Source: an uncultured Solirubrobacteraceae bacterium (GTDB taxonomy: Bacteria > Actinomycetota > Thermoleophilia > Solirubrobacterales > Solirubrobacteraceae). Taken from it: a stretch of 64,000 bases of DNA. Numbering within the stretch: the stretch's first letter is position 1; each line of letters starts with the position of its first letter. The stretch covers positions 24,745-88,744 of the forward strand of contig CAVRMD010000015.1 of NCBI GenBank assembly GCA_963722455.1. Direction: 5' to 3'. Under the pieces are notes generated by a model that was not told the origin of the DNA, searched no databases, and saw nothing but the letters and a program-made list of their open reading frames with translations. The position numbers and the translations under genes are program-made. Below, one piece after another: positions 28,084 through 37,267 of the stretch.

Positions 28084-29049
28084 ATGTTGAAGCTCATCGT
28101 GCGGCGGTTGGCGGTCCTGCCGCTGATCCTGCTCGCGGTCGCGACCGTGACGTTCGCGTTGACGGAGATCTCGCCGTTTGATCCGGTCGAGGCGTACGTC
28201 GGCGCGGAGAGCAACGTCAGCGCGCAGAACAAGGCCGAGATCGCGCACGCGTGGGGATTTGACCAGCCGCTGTATGAGCGCTTCGGGCGCTGGATCGGAC
28301 AGCTCGCGCAGGGCGACATGGGCAACTCGATCGTCGCCGGCGGCCAACCGGTCGCCGGCGAGATCGCGTCGCGGGCCGGCGCGTCGATCGCTCTGCTCGG
28401 CGGCGCACTGGCGCTCGTGCTGATCGGGGGCCTTGTGTTCGGGGTGCTCGCGGCCGCGTTTCGTGGCACGGTGTTTGACTGGTTCGTGCGGACCATGTGC
28501 TACTTCAACACGGCCGCACCATCGTTCTGGGTCGGGCTGCTGGCGCTGTATCTGTTCTCGATCGAGCTCGGCTGGCTGCCCGCGGGCGGCTCCTCGGACC
28601 CGCGCGCGGTCGAGGCGGCGGGCGTCGACCTCGAGCACCTGATCTTGCCGATGGTCGTCCTGTCTCTGACGGGCTACGCCTGGTTCACGTTGTTCGTGCG
28701 CAACACGCTGCTTGAGGTTCTGCGCGAGGATCACGTGCAGTTCGCGCGCGCGCAGGGGATCGGTGAGGTCGCGGTGCTGCTGCGCTACGCGCTGCCCAAC
28801 GCGCTGATCCCGTTCGTGACGCTCGTCGGCACGCATCTCGCCGAGTTGATCGGCGGCACGATCCTGATCGAGAAGATCTTCGGCTGGCCCGGACTCGGCC
28901 TGCTGACCTTCGACGCCGCCATCAACGAGGACATCCCGCTGATCGTCGGCATCACGCTGTGCGGCTGCGTGCTCGTCGTGCTCGGCAACCTGCTCGCCGA
29001 CGTGCTGTACCGGGTCATGGACCCGCGCGTGCGCGAGGCGCTGACGTGA
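28084..29049 (+). CDS. ABC transporter permease (DppB/NikB-like)
   Basis: BPD_transp_1-type multi-TM protein with a typical MLKLIVRRL N-terminus. Confidence 0.9.
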   Translation: MLKLIVRRLAVLPLILLAVATVTFALTEISPFDPVEAYVGAESNVSAQNKAEIAHAWGFDQPLYERFGRWIGQLAQGDMGNSIVAGGQPVAGEIASRAGASIALLGGALALVLIGGLVFGVLAAAFRGTVFDWFVRTMCYFNTAAPSFWVGLLALYLFSIELGWLPAGGSSDPRAVEAAGVDLEHLILPMVVLSLTGYAWFTLFVRNTLLEVLREDHVQFARAQGIGEVAVLLRYALPNALIPFVTLVGTHLAELIGGTILIEKIFGWPGLGLLTFDAAINEDIPLIVGITLCGCVLVVLGNLLADVLYRVMDPRVREALT

Positions 29050-29957
29050 GCGCGGCCGGCGACGCGCTCGGATCCCCCCTGCGCGTCGGTGGCGCAGCGT
29101 CGCGGCGCCTCGCCGAGAGCGTTGGACGCTGGCCTGCGTTCGTGCGCGTCGCGGCAGGCGTGCTGGCGCTGCTCGTCGTGGCGGCCCTGTTGGCGAACGC
29201 CATCGCCCCGCTCGACGACACCGCCGTCGACCTCGACCACGTCCTGCACGCGCCGTCTGCGGCGCATCTGATGGGCACCGACGAGGTCGGTCGCGACCTC
29301 GCGAAGCGGGTGCTGCACGGCATGCGCGTGTCGCTGACGATCGCGGTCCTGGCGGCACTGGCGGCGGTCGCGTTCGGCACGCTGATCGGCGCCGTGGCGG
29401 GCACGATCGGCGGCCGGGTCGACACCGTCGTGATGCGCCTCACCGACGTCGCCGCATCCCAGAACCACCTCCTGTTCGGGATCCTGCTCGTCGTCTTGTT
29501 TCGCCCCGCCCTCGGCGGTGCCGGCGCCGTGATGCTCGCGATCGGATTGACGCACTGGCCGTCGCTGGCACGGATCGTGCGCGGCGAGCTGATGTCCGTG
29601 CGCGAGCGCCCATTCATCCGCGCAAGCGTCGGCGGCGGCGCGGGCCGCTGGCGCCTGGCGCGCCGCCACTACCTGCCCCATCTCATGCCGGCCGTCGGGC
29701 TGGCGTTCGTGCTGACCGTCCCGCACGCGATCTTCCACGAGTCGGCGTACTCGTTTCTCGGACTCGGCCTGCCGGCCCACCAGGCGTCGCTGGGCAACAT
29801 CCTCAACGACGGGCAGCGCTCGCTGCTGGCCGGCGGCTGGTGGATCGCCTTGTTCCCGGGTCTCGCGATCCTCGTCGCCGCGATGACGATCGGCACGCTC
29901 GCGGAGTTCTGGCGCGAGCACCTGCACCCGCGGTGGCGCTCGGAGCTCGAGCTATGA
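29046..29957 (+). CDS. ABC transporter permease (DppC/NikC-like)
   Basis: HLMGTDEVGRD motif. The GTG overlaps the upstream stop (GTGA). Confidence 0.87.
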   Translation: MSAAGDALGSPLRVGGAASRRLAESVGRWPAFVRVAAGVLALLVVAALLANAIAPLDDTAVDLDHVLHAPSAAHLMGTDEVGRDLAKRVLHGMRVSLTIAVLAALAAVAFGTLIGAVAGTIGGRVDTVVMRLTDVAASQNHLLFGILLVVLFRPALGGAGAVMLAIGLTHWPSLARIVRGELMSVRERPFIRASVGGGAGRWRLARRHYLPHLMPAVGLAFVLTVPHAIFHESAYSFLGLGLPAHQASLGNILNDGQRSLLAGGWWIALFPGLAILVAAMTIGTLAEFWREHLHPRWRSELEL

Positions 29958-30895
29958 GCGCGCGGCTCGACGTCGACGAGCTGTCGGTCGGCTTTCGCAC
30001 GCGGGCCGGGACGGTGCAGGCCCTGTCGCGGGCGAGCCTCACGGTCGCGCCGGGCGAGCTGCTGCTCGTCGTCGGCGAGAGCGGCAGCGGCAAGACGGTG
30101 CTCGCGCATTCGCTGCTGCGGCTGCTGCCGCGCAACGTCGACGTCTCAGGGTCGATCCGGCTCGGCGGCGAGGACGTGCTCGCGCTCGAACCCGACGCGC
30201 TGCGGCGCATGCGCGGCCGCAGGATGGCGCTGATCCCCCAGAGCCCCGCGTCGTCGCTGAACCCCGTGCGCAAGCTCGGCGGCCAGCTGCTCGAAGCGGC
30301 CCGGGCGCGCGGACTGACCGAGCATGATGCTCGCCGGCGCCTGCGCGAACTGCTCGCCGAGCTCGGCCTGGACCTCGCGTTCATCAACGGGCGCTATGTC
30401 CATCAGCTGTCGGGCGGGATGCAGCAGCGGATCGTCAACGCGATGGCGCTCGTCGGCGAGCCCGACATCGTGATCGCCGACGAACCGACATCCGGCTTGG
30501 ACTCAGATCTCGTGCACGCCACCGCGGTGCAGCTGCGGGAGATCTCGGCGCGCGGTTCGTCGCTGCTGGTCATCACCCACGACCTGCGCCTCGCCCAGCG
30601 CCTCGGCGGCCGCCTCGCGCTGCTGTACGCAAGCCGGATCGTCGAGATCGGGCCGACGGCAGCGTTCTTCAACGCGCCCGCACACCCCTACGGCCGCGAG
30701 CTGCTGCGAGCGCTGCCCGAGCGCGAAGGCAAGTCGATTCCCGGCCTGTCACCCGAGCTCACCGCGCTGCCCGACCACTGCGCCTTCGCCGACCGCTGCT
30801 CAGCCCGCGTTGACCGCTGCACCGAAGCCGTCCCCGATCTGTATCCCGCTGGCGCTGGCGTCCTGGCGCGCTGCTTTGTCCATGCTGAGCGCTGA
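29954..30895 (+). CDS. ABC transporter ATP-binding protein (DppD/NikD-like)
   Basis: Walker A GESGSGKT, signature LSGGMQQR, and the oligopeptide-type C-terminal Cys motif. ATGA overlap with the upstream gene. Confidence 0.9.
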   Translation: MSARLDVDELSVGFRTRAGTVQALSRASLTVAPGELLLVVGESGSGKTVLAHSLLRLLPRNVDVSGSIRLGGEDVLALEPDALRRMRGRRMALIPQSPASSLNPVRKLGGQLLEAARARGLTEHDARRRLRELLAELGLDLAFINGRYVHQLSGGMQQRIVNAMALVGEPDIVIADEPTSGLDSDLVHATAVQLREISARGSSLLVITHDLRLAQRLGGRLALLYASRIVEIGPTAAFFNAPAHPYGRELLRALPEREGKSIPGLSPELTALPDHCAFADRCSARVDRCTEAVPDLYPAGAGVLARCFVHAER

Positions 30896-31688
30896 CGCAA
30901 TCACCAAGACGTTCGGATCCGGCGCCGGCCGCGTCGTCGCGATCGAGCGCGTCACCCTGCAGCTGCGCGCGGGAGCGCGCCTGGCGCTCGTCGGCCCGAG
31001 CGGCTCGGGCAAGACCACGCTCGCGCAGATCATGGCGCTGCTGCTGGCACCCGACGACGGTGTCGTGAGCGTCGACGCAACGCCCGTCGCGTCCTGCGGC
31101 GTGCGCTGTGACCGCGAGCTGCGCCACCGCGTACAACTCGTGTGGCAGGCGCCGCGCATGGCCGTCGACCCACGGCTGCGCGTCGGCGACGCGATCATCG
31201 AACCGCTCGCAGCCAGCGGCCTGCTGCCAGCCGGCCGCGCCGAGCGCCGGGCGCTGATCGCGTGGTGGGCGGCGCGCGCGGGGTTGACGCGGGATCTCGT
31301 CGAGCGCTACCCGCACGAGGTGTCCGAGGGGCAGCTTCAACGCGCATGCCTCGCGCGCGCGCTGATCGTCAGGCCGCGCTACCTGATCTGCGACGAGCTG
31401 TCCTCGATGCTCGACGTCTCGACGCAGGCCGCGCTGCTGGAGGTGATCGCAGCAGTCCAAGATGAGCGCGAGCTCGGCGTCATGCTCATCACACACGACC
31501 GAACGTTGGCCGGCGCGTGGTGCGAGCAGACCGTCGACATCAGCGACCTGGCAGCCGGCCGCGAGGTCCAGGACGTCTCAGGCACCCCGGCCCGCGCACG
31601 CTCGCGAGCGCTCGGCCGTCAGGTCTGCCGTTCTCCTACGCCGGGCGCGTCTGGTGACGCGTCCCCGCAAGGCCGTCGAGGCAGCTGA
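30882..31688 (+). CDS. ABC transporter ATP-binding protein (DppF/NikE-like)
   Basis: Walker A GPSGSGKT, signature VSEGQLQR and Walker B LICDE. Confidence 0.87.
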   Translation: MLSADAITKTFGSGAGRVVAIERVTLQLRAGARLALVGPSGSGKTTLAQIMALLLAPDDGVVSVDATPVASCGVRCDRELRHRVQLVWQAPRMAVDPRLRVGDAIIEPLAASGLLPAGRAERRALIAWWAARAGLTRDLVERYPHEVSEGQLQRACLARALIVRPRYLICDELSSMLDVSTQAALLEVIAAVQDERELGVMLITHDRTLAGAWCEQTVDISDLAAGREVQDVSGTPARARSRALGRQVCRSPTPGASGDASPQGRRGS

Positions 31689-31754
31689 GATCTCCGATGC
31701 AGTCGCGCGTCGAGGCGCCCGCGAGCGCGGGCGCGCATCGACGGCGGCCCGGGT

Positions 31755-32342
31755 TCAGGCGTGCTCGTGCTCGTGGACGTCCTCCAGCCCCGCCTCGTGG
31801 ACGTGCGGGTGCTCGTGGGCAGCGCCGTCGTGCTCGTGGTCGTGCGCGTGCTCGACGTGCTCGTGGTCGTGGCCCGTGTGGGCGTGCACGTGCGTCTCTC
31901 CGTCGTGCTCGTGGGCGTGGGCGTGCGGTGCGTCGTGGGTGTGCTCGTCGGTCATGTGGCTCCTTGGGTCGTGGTCGTCGCGTGCGATGGCGGGCGCATG
32001 CGGCGGGTCGGCCGCGCCGGCGTGCAGATGCTCGATGTGGCGCAGCGCCTCGTCGAGCAGCGTCGCGACGTGCGGGTCATACAGGGCGTAGATCACATGG
32101 CGGCCGCTGCGGCTGCCGAGCACGAGCCCGAGGTCGCGCAGGATCCGCAGCTGATGCGAGACGGCGGGCTGCTCCATCTCGACGACGGCTGCGAGCTCGC
32201 CGACCGCGCACGCACCCGCCCGCAGCCGCGCGAGGATCCGCACGCGACTGGGCGTCGACAGCGCGCCCATGACGCGCGCGACGTGCTGCGCATCCTGCGC
32301 ACTGATCGGGATGCCCGCGTTGACGCCATGTGCCTCGCTCAT
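31755..32342 (-). CDS. ArsR/SmtB family metalloregulator with an 84-aa His-rich C-terminal tail
   Basis: wHTH VGELAAVVEMEQPAVSHQLRILRDLGLV. The tail holds 26 His in the last 84 residues (HEHDGETHVHAHTGHDHEHVEHAHDHEH...). Confidence 0.85.
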   Translation of the reverse strand: MSEAHGVNAGIPISAQDAQHVARVMGALSTPSRVRILARLRAGACAVGELAAVVEMEQPAVSHQLRILRDLGLVLGSRSGRHVIYALYDPHVATLLDEALRHIEHLHAGAADPPHAPAIARDDHDPRSHMTDEHTHDAPHAHAHEHDGETHVHAHTGHDHEHVEHAHDHEHDGAAHEHPHVHEAGLEDVHEHEHA

Positions 32343-32528
32343 CTCCGTCCATGCTCACATGCACATGTCCGCATGTCAACGCTCGACCGTGTGCGTGGCG
32401 CACGCGCGTCCTGTGGCGCGTTTGGAAGCGACAGGCGATAGCGACCGTGTGGCAATAACGGTAGTGTGGCGGTGACGACCGTGACAGCCACCGAAGCACG
32501 GTCTACCGCTATCTGGAGGTTCGCCGCG

Positions 32529-33548
32529 ATGCACGATCGCGTTCGTCGTCTGCTCATCGTCTGTCTCGTGCTCGCGCCGGCCGGGGGCATCGCCGCATGC
32601 GGCAGCGAGGACGCGGGCGAGGCGTCGAGCAGCGGTGCCGACCAGCTGCAGGTCGGCACGACGGTGGCTCCGATCACGAGCATCGTGGCGAACATCGGCG
32701 GTGACCGCGTGAAGGTCACCGGCATCGTCCCGGAGGGCACGAACTCCCACACCTTCGAGCCCAAGCCGAGCGTCGCCGAACTGATGTCGACGCTCGACGT
32801 GCTGTACGTCAACGGCCTCAAGCTCGAGGAGCCGACCAAGAAGCTCGCCGAGGAGAACCTCAAGGACGGTGGCGAGATCGTCGAGCTCGGCACGAAGGCG
32901 ATCCCCGAGAGCGAGTATGCGTATGACTTCTCGTTTCCGAAGTCCGGCGGCAAGCCCAACCCGCATCTGTGGACCGACCCGAAGTACGCCCTGAAGTACG
33001 CGCAGATCGCCCGTGACGATCTCTCGGAGCGTGATCTTGCCAACGCCGACTACTACAAGGCCAACTACGAGAAGTTCAAGACGAAGGTCGACGCGTTCGA
33101 CAGGGCGATGCGCGCATCCTTCGCGACGCTCCCGCGCGCCAAGCGCAAGCTGCTGACCTACCACGACGCCTACGCGTACTTCGCCAGGGACTACGACTGG
33201 GACGTCATCGGGGCGATCCAGGTCGCTGACTTCGAGGACCCGACGCCGAAGGAGATCGCCGGGCTCATCGACCAGGTCCGCACCGAGAAGGTGCCGGCGA
33301 TCTTCGGCTCAGAGGTGTTCCCGAGCCCGGTGCTCGAGCAGATCGGCAGGGAGACCGGCGTGAAGTACGTCGACGTGCTGCGCGACGACGACCTGCCCGG
33401 GAAACCCGGCGAGGCCGAGCACTCCTGGATGGGGCTACTGCGCTTCGACTACGTCACGATGACCGAGGCGCTGGGTGGCGATGCCTCGGCGTTGAAGGCG
33501 TTTGAGCCCGAGAACGTGGCTCCCGACAACGCGACCTACCCGCAGTGA
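32529..33548 (+). CDS. Metal (Zn/Mn) ABC transporter substrate-binding lipoprotein, ZnuA/TroA family
   Basis: Lipobox IAACGS and cluster-9 SBP pattern (NPHLWTDP, LTYHDAYAYF). GGAGG lies 9 nt upstream. Confidence 0.87.
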   Translation: MHDRVRRLLIVCLVLAPAGGIAACGSEDAGEASSSGADQLQVGTTVAPITSIVANIGGDRVKVTGIVPEGTNSHTFEPKPSVAELMSTLDVLYVNGLKLEEPTKKLAEENLKDGGEIVELGTKAIPESEYAYDFSFPKSGGKPNPHLWTDPKYALKYAQIARDDLSERDLANADYYKANYEKFKTKVDAFDRAMRASFATLPRAKRKLLTYHDAYAYFARDYDWDVIGAIQVADFEDPTPKEIAGLIDQVRTEKVPAIFGSEVFPSPVLEQIGRETGVKYVDVLRDDDLPGKPGEAEHSWMGLLRFDYVTMTEALGGDASALKAFEPENVAPDNATYPQ

Positions 33549-34348
33549 GCCCCGATCGCGAGCACGAGGACCTGCTCGCGCTCGCGGGGGTGTCCTACGG
33601 CTACTCAAGCGAGGCCGTGCTCGTCGACGTCGACCTGGCGATCCGCCGCCGCGAGTTCGTCGGCATCGTCGGGCCGTCGGGCTCGGGCAAGACGACGGCG
33701 CTGCGTGTCATCGCCGGCGGCCTGCGCCCCGCGGCCGGCACGGTCACGCGGCGACCCGGGCTGCACATGGCGTACGTGCCGCAGGTCGAGACCATCAACT
33801 GGAGCTTCCCGGTCACGGTCCGCGAATGCGTCCTGATGTCGCGCGTCTGCGGACGGCGCCTGCCGTGGGCCAGCCGCGCCGAGCGCGCCCAGATCGCCGG
33901 CGTCCTCGCGAGCCTGGACATCGGCGAGCTCGCCGACCGCCACATCCGCGAGCTCTCGGGCGGCCAGCAGCAGCGCGTGTTCATCGCCCGTGCGCTGCTC
34001 GGCGAACCCGACCTGCTGCTGCTGGACGAGCCGACGTCGGGCGTCGACGTGCGCCTGCGCCACGAGCTGCTGCACCTGCTCGACGACCTCAACGCGCGCG
34101 GCCTGGCGATCGTCCTGACGACGCACGACCTCAACGGCATCGCCGCGCACCTGCCGCGGGTCGTCTGCCTGAACCGCAGCGTCATCGGCGACGGCGCCCC
34201 CCACGACGTCCTGACGCCCGACGTGCTCGAGCGCACATACGGCGCGAGCATGCAGGTGCTCGAGCACGGCGGCATGCCCGTCGTCGTCGAGAGCTTCCAG
34301 CATCGCCACTCAAGCGGCGCGCCGCACGCGCACGGGAGCGTCGCGTGA
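33545..34348 (+). CDS. Metal ABC transporter ATP-binding protein (ZnuC-like)
   Basis: Walker A GPSGSGKT, signature LSGGQQQR and Walker B LLLDEP. Confidence 0.9.
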   Translation: MSPDREHEDLLALAGVSYGYSSEAVLVDVDLAIRRREFVGIVGPSGSGKTTALRVIAGGLRPAAGTVTRRPGLHMAYVPQVETINWSFPVTVRECVLMSRVCGRRLPWASRAERAQIAGVLASLDIGELADRHIRELSGGQQQRVFIARALLGEPDLLLLDEPTSGVDVRLRHELLHLLDDLNARGLAIVLTTHDLNGIAAHLPRVVCLNRSVIGDGAPHDVLTPDVLERTYGASMQVLEHGGMPVVVESFQHRHSSGAPHAHGSVA

Positions 34349-35214
34349 TCGACGAGCTGCTGCGACCGCTGGACTTCGAGTTCTTCCGCAACGGCTTGAT
34401 CGTCGCGACGATGGCCGGCGCGCTGTGCGGAGCGATCGGCGTCTACGTCGTCCTGAAGGGCATGAGCTACATCGGCCACGGCCTCTCGCACGCGATCTTC
34501 GGCGGCTTCGCCGCAAGCTCGCTGCTGGGCATCAACTTCCTGCTCGGCGCCGGCGTCTGGGGCGTCGCGTCGGCCTTGATGATCAACGGCGTGACACGCC
34601 GCCGCGTGATCGGCTCCGACGCCGCGATCGGCGTCATCACGACCGCCTCCTTCGCGCTCGGCCTCGCCTTGTTCGCGCTCTTCGGAACCGCCGGACGCAG
34701 CTTCGATGCCGCGCTGTTTGGCAGCATCCTCGGCGTCGGAACCGACGACGTCATCGCGATCTTCGTCGTCTGCGTGCTCGCCGGCGCCCTCATCTTCTTG
34801 CGCTACCGCGCGCTGCTGTACACGACATTCGATCCCGAGGTCGCCGATGTCGCCGGCGTCAACACCGCAAGAATGGACGCGCTGCTGATGGTCATCCTCG
34901 CGGGCTCGATCCTCGCGACGATGCAGGTCCTCGGCGTCACGCTGATCGCCGCGGCGCTCGTCATCCCAGCGGCGATCGCACGCATGCTGACGAACTCGTT
35001 CGCGCGCATGCTGCAGCTCGCTACCGCCATCGGCTCGATCTGCGGATTCGTCGGGATGAACCTCAGCTACCACCTCGACATCCAGTCAGGGCCAACGATC
35101 GTGCTCACCGCCGCCACCGTGTTCGCCGCGGTGTTCGTCGTCACCGGCGCGACCGGCCGGCGCAGAGCGGCCGGCATCACCGCTCCGGCGCCGCTCGTCG
35201 CACGCGCGGACTGA
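34345..35214 (+). CDS. Metal ABC transporter permease (ZnuB-like)
   Basis: ABC-3 family multi-TM protein. The GTG overlaps the upstream stop (GTGA). Confidence 0.9.
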   Translation: MIDELLRPLDFEFFRNGLIVATMAGALCGAIGVYVVLKGMSYIGHGLSHAIFGGFAASSLLGINFLLGAGVWGVASALMINGVTRRRVIGSDAAIGVITTASFALGLALFALFGTAGRSFDAALFGSILGVGTDDVIAIFVVCVLAGALIFLRYRALLYTTFDPEVADVAGVNTARMDALLMVILAGSILATMQVLGVTLIAAALVIPAAIARMLTNSFARMLQLATAIGSICGFVGMNLSYHLDIQSGPTIVLTAATVFAAVFVVTGATGRRRAAGITAPAPLVARAD

Positions 35215-35220
35215 ACCGTG

Positions 35221-35709
35221 TCAGGCCGCGCCAGCACGCTCCCCGCCGTTGCGCGTCCTCGCGCAAGGCGCACAGAGCCCGACGATCGGGAAATGCGAGA
35301 AGCGCGCCTCGAAGCCAGACAGATCGCGGACCGCGTCACGCACGCCATCAAGTGCCGACGGCTCGACGGACTCCAGCACTCCGCAGGACTCGCACGCGAG
35401 ATACTCGCGGTCACCGCGGCCCTCCAGGACGTAGCGCCCGGGGCCGTGACCGGCGTGAAAGTGGCGGATCAGGCCGAGCTCCCCGAGCGTCTCCAGGTTG
35501 CGATAGACCGATGCGATATCCGACTGCGTCCGCGTTCCGCCAAGCCCGTCGGCGATGTCCTCCGCCGAGATCGGCGCACGCGCCTCAAGCAGCGCCTCGA
35601 GCACCAGGCGCCGCGCTGATGTCAGCCGCAGACCGCTGCGGCGCACAGCGTCGATCGCCTCGTCGAGGTCGCTGACCACGACTGGCTGACGGTCAGGAGA
35701 AACGGTCAC
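35221..35709 (-). CDS. Fur family transcriptional regulator (Zur-like)
   Basis: RLTSARRLVLEAL, the HFHAGH region and two CxxC pairs (CESC, CAPC). The GTG at 35709 has GGAGG 5 nt upstream. Confidence 0.87.
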   Translation of the reverse strand: MTVSPDRQPVVVSDLDEAIDAVRRSGLRLTSARRLVLEALLEARAPISAEDIADGLGGTRTQSDIASVYRNLETLGELGLIRHFHAGHGPGRYVLEGRGDREYLACESCGVLESVEPSALDGVRDAVRDLSGFEARFSHFPIVGLCAPCARTRNGGERAGAA

Positions 35710-35769
35710 AGCAGCCTCCGGTCGATCGCTGCTGCAAACGTAGCGCAGCGGCGACAACGACTTGGGGCC

Positions 35770-36519
35770 TCAGCCGGCGAACGCGCTCTCGGGCAGCACG
35801 CGCTGCTCGGGGACGAGCACGAGGCAGTCGTGCGCGTGCAGCTCGCGGCGCGCCTGCAGCCCGCGCAGGTCGGCCTCGCTCGGGATCTGGAACTCGTCGG
35901 CGGCCGCGTAGTCGACGCCGTAGCCGAGGTCCTCGAACGCGCCGATCGTCAGGCGGCTCAGGGGGTTGCGGCCCGGGTCCAGGAAGCCCGTCATGAGCTC
36001 GCTGCCGAAGAGCTCCTCGCGCCAGTGCCCGTCGCGCGTACCGGGCCCGCCGACGTTCGCAAGCGGGACGCTGCGCGGGCGCGCGGCGGGATCGAGCAGG
36101 GCCGCGTACTCGCGGATCGCGTGCTCGCCGGTGAACCGCGGGTCGCTGCCGCCGGCGCCCGTGATGAGCCCGAGGCGGTCGAAGATCGTGCCGAAGCCGA
36201 GCACGTGGCCCATCTCGTGCACGATGACGTTGAGGAGGCTGCCGTCGGCCTCCATCTGGGCGAGGTCGGCGCTGTCGAAGGACATGAGCCCCGTGGCGGG
36301 CAGGAAGCTGCCCGGTCGCAGCTCGATCGGCCCGGCCTGACCGAGGATTGAGCCGGCCCCGTCGATGCGGATGCCCTCGGCGTCGATGCGAACGTCGTCG
36401 ATCTCGTCGCCGTCGATGACGACGGCGGGCACGTCAGCGACGATGATGGCGCTCCAGCGCCGTGCCGCGGTCTCGAAGACCGCGCGCTGGCCGGCGCTCA
36501 GGCCGCCCCGGAAGCGCAC
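35770..36519 (-). CDS. HExxH zinc metalloprotease-like protein (leishmanolysin/M8-like)
   Basis: VIVHEMGHVLGFG motif. There is no signal peptide from the only in-frame start (GTG 36519). Confidence 0.55.
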   Translation of the reverse strand: MRFRGGLSAGQRAVFETAARRWSAIIVADVPAVVIDGDEIDDVRIDAEGIRIDGAGSILGQAGPIELRPGSFLPATGLMSFDSADLAQMEADGSLLNVIVHEMGHVLGFGTIFDRLGLITGAGGSDPRFTGEHAIREYAALLDPAARPRSVPLANVGGPGTRDGHWREELFGSELMTGFLDPGRNPLSRLTIGAFEDLGYGVDYAAADEFQIPSEADLRGLQARRELHAHDCLVLVPEQRVLPESAFAG

Positions 36520-36567
36520 CTCGATCTCAAACGCAGGCTCAGGCGGTGCGGTCGCGATCGCGGCATC

Positions 36568-36643
36568 CTAGTGGGTCATCCACAAACGTTTGACCCGGAA
36601 CCCCGGGCGCGTTTCCGGTCGAACGTTCCTGGATGACCCACCA
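36568..36643. mobile_element. MITE-like inverted-repeat element, copy C (76 bp)
   Basis: Sequence is C-TA-GTGGGTCATCCACAAACGTTTGACCCGGAACCCCGGGCGCGTTTCCGGTCGAACGTTCCTGGATGACCCAC-CA-G. The right TA has degenerated to CA. Confidence 0.7.
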
Positions 36644-36670
36644 GCGGCGCCGCGGGTGCGCGGGACGCCG

Positions 36671-37123
36671 TCAACCCCCGTTGCCGGCCGCGCCGCCCGC
36701 CCAGTCCGCTCCGGGCAACAGCGCGCCATGGCCGTCGCCGTCCAGGCGCTCCAGCAGGAAGATCTCGACGGCGACGTCCGGATCGTGCAGGTTGTCGCTC
36801 AGGAACGCCTCGACGGTGCGCCCGCTGAGCTGCTCGATGACCGCGATGAGGTCGTGGCGCATCGTGTTCTGAAAGGCACGGCGCATCGCCAGCACCTCGG
36901 TCGACTGACCGTGCTCGGCGAGGTTGCGCTCGGCCTTCGTCAGGCAGTCGCGCAGCGTCACGACGATCGTGTCGGAGCCGACCGACGTGCGCGCCTGCGT
37001 GGGGCCACGGCCCGTGTAGTCGCGCAGCAGGCCGACGACGGCGTTGGAGATCGCCGCCGACAGCGACCTCGCGGGGGCCACGACCACGCTTGCGGCGTGG
37101 GGCTCGTCAGGTGTTGCGGGCAT
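36671..37123 (-). CDS. DUF2294-like protein
   Basis: ISNAVVGLLRDYTGRGPTQART...VTLRDCLTKAE pattern. The start is uncertain (ATG 37123 or GTG 37165). Confidence 0.55.
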   Translation of the reverse strand: MPATPDEPHAASVVVAPARSLSAAISNAVVGLLRDYTGRGPTQARTSVGSDTIVVTLRDCLTKAERNLAEHGQSTEVLAMRRAFQNTMRHDLIAVIEQLSGRTVEAFLSDNLHDPDVAVEIFLLERLDGDGHGALLPGADWAGGAAGNGG

Positions 37124-37267
37124 GGCGCCCGTCCCGTCTCGCCCCCCTCGGAGGTACGGCGCCACGCGCGACGGAGGAAGACGCTAAGGATCGCGAGGAC
37201 GTGTGCTGCAATGCAGTCTACGCGGCCGTGCCAGCCGCCACGCGCCGCGGTCGGCGGACGCAGGCGA

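Noticed and set aside
32343-32528. A canonical AT-rich Zur box upstream of the ZnuA-like gene.
   Set aside because: No TGAAAATGATTTTCA-like palindrome is present. Only short GC-rich repeats (GTGGC...GCCAC, GACCGTG x2) and ACATG-N4-CATGT near the ArsR side are visible, which is insufficient to call a Zur site.
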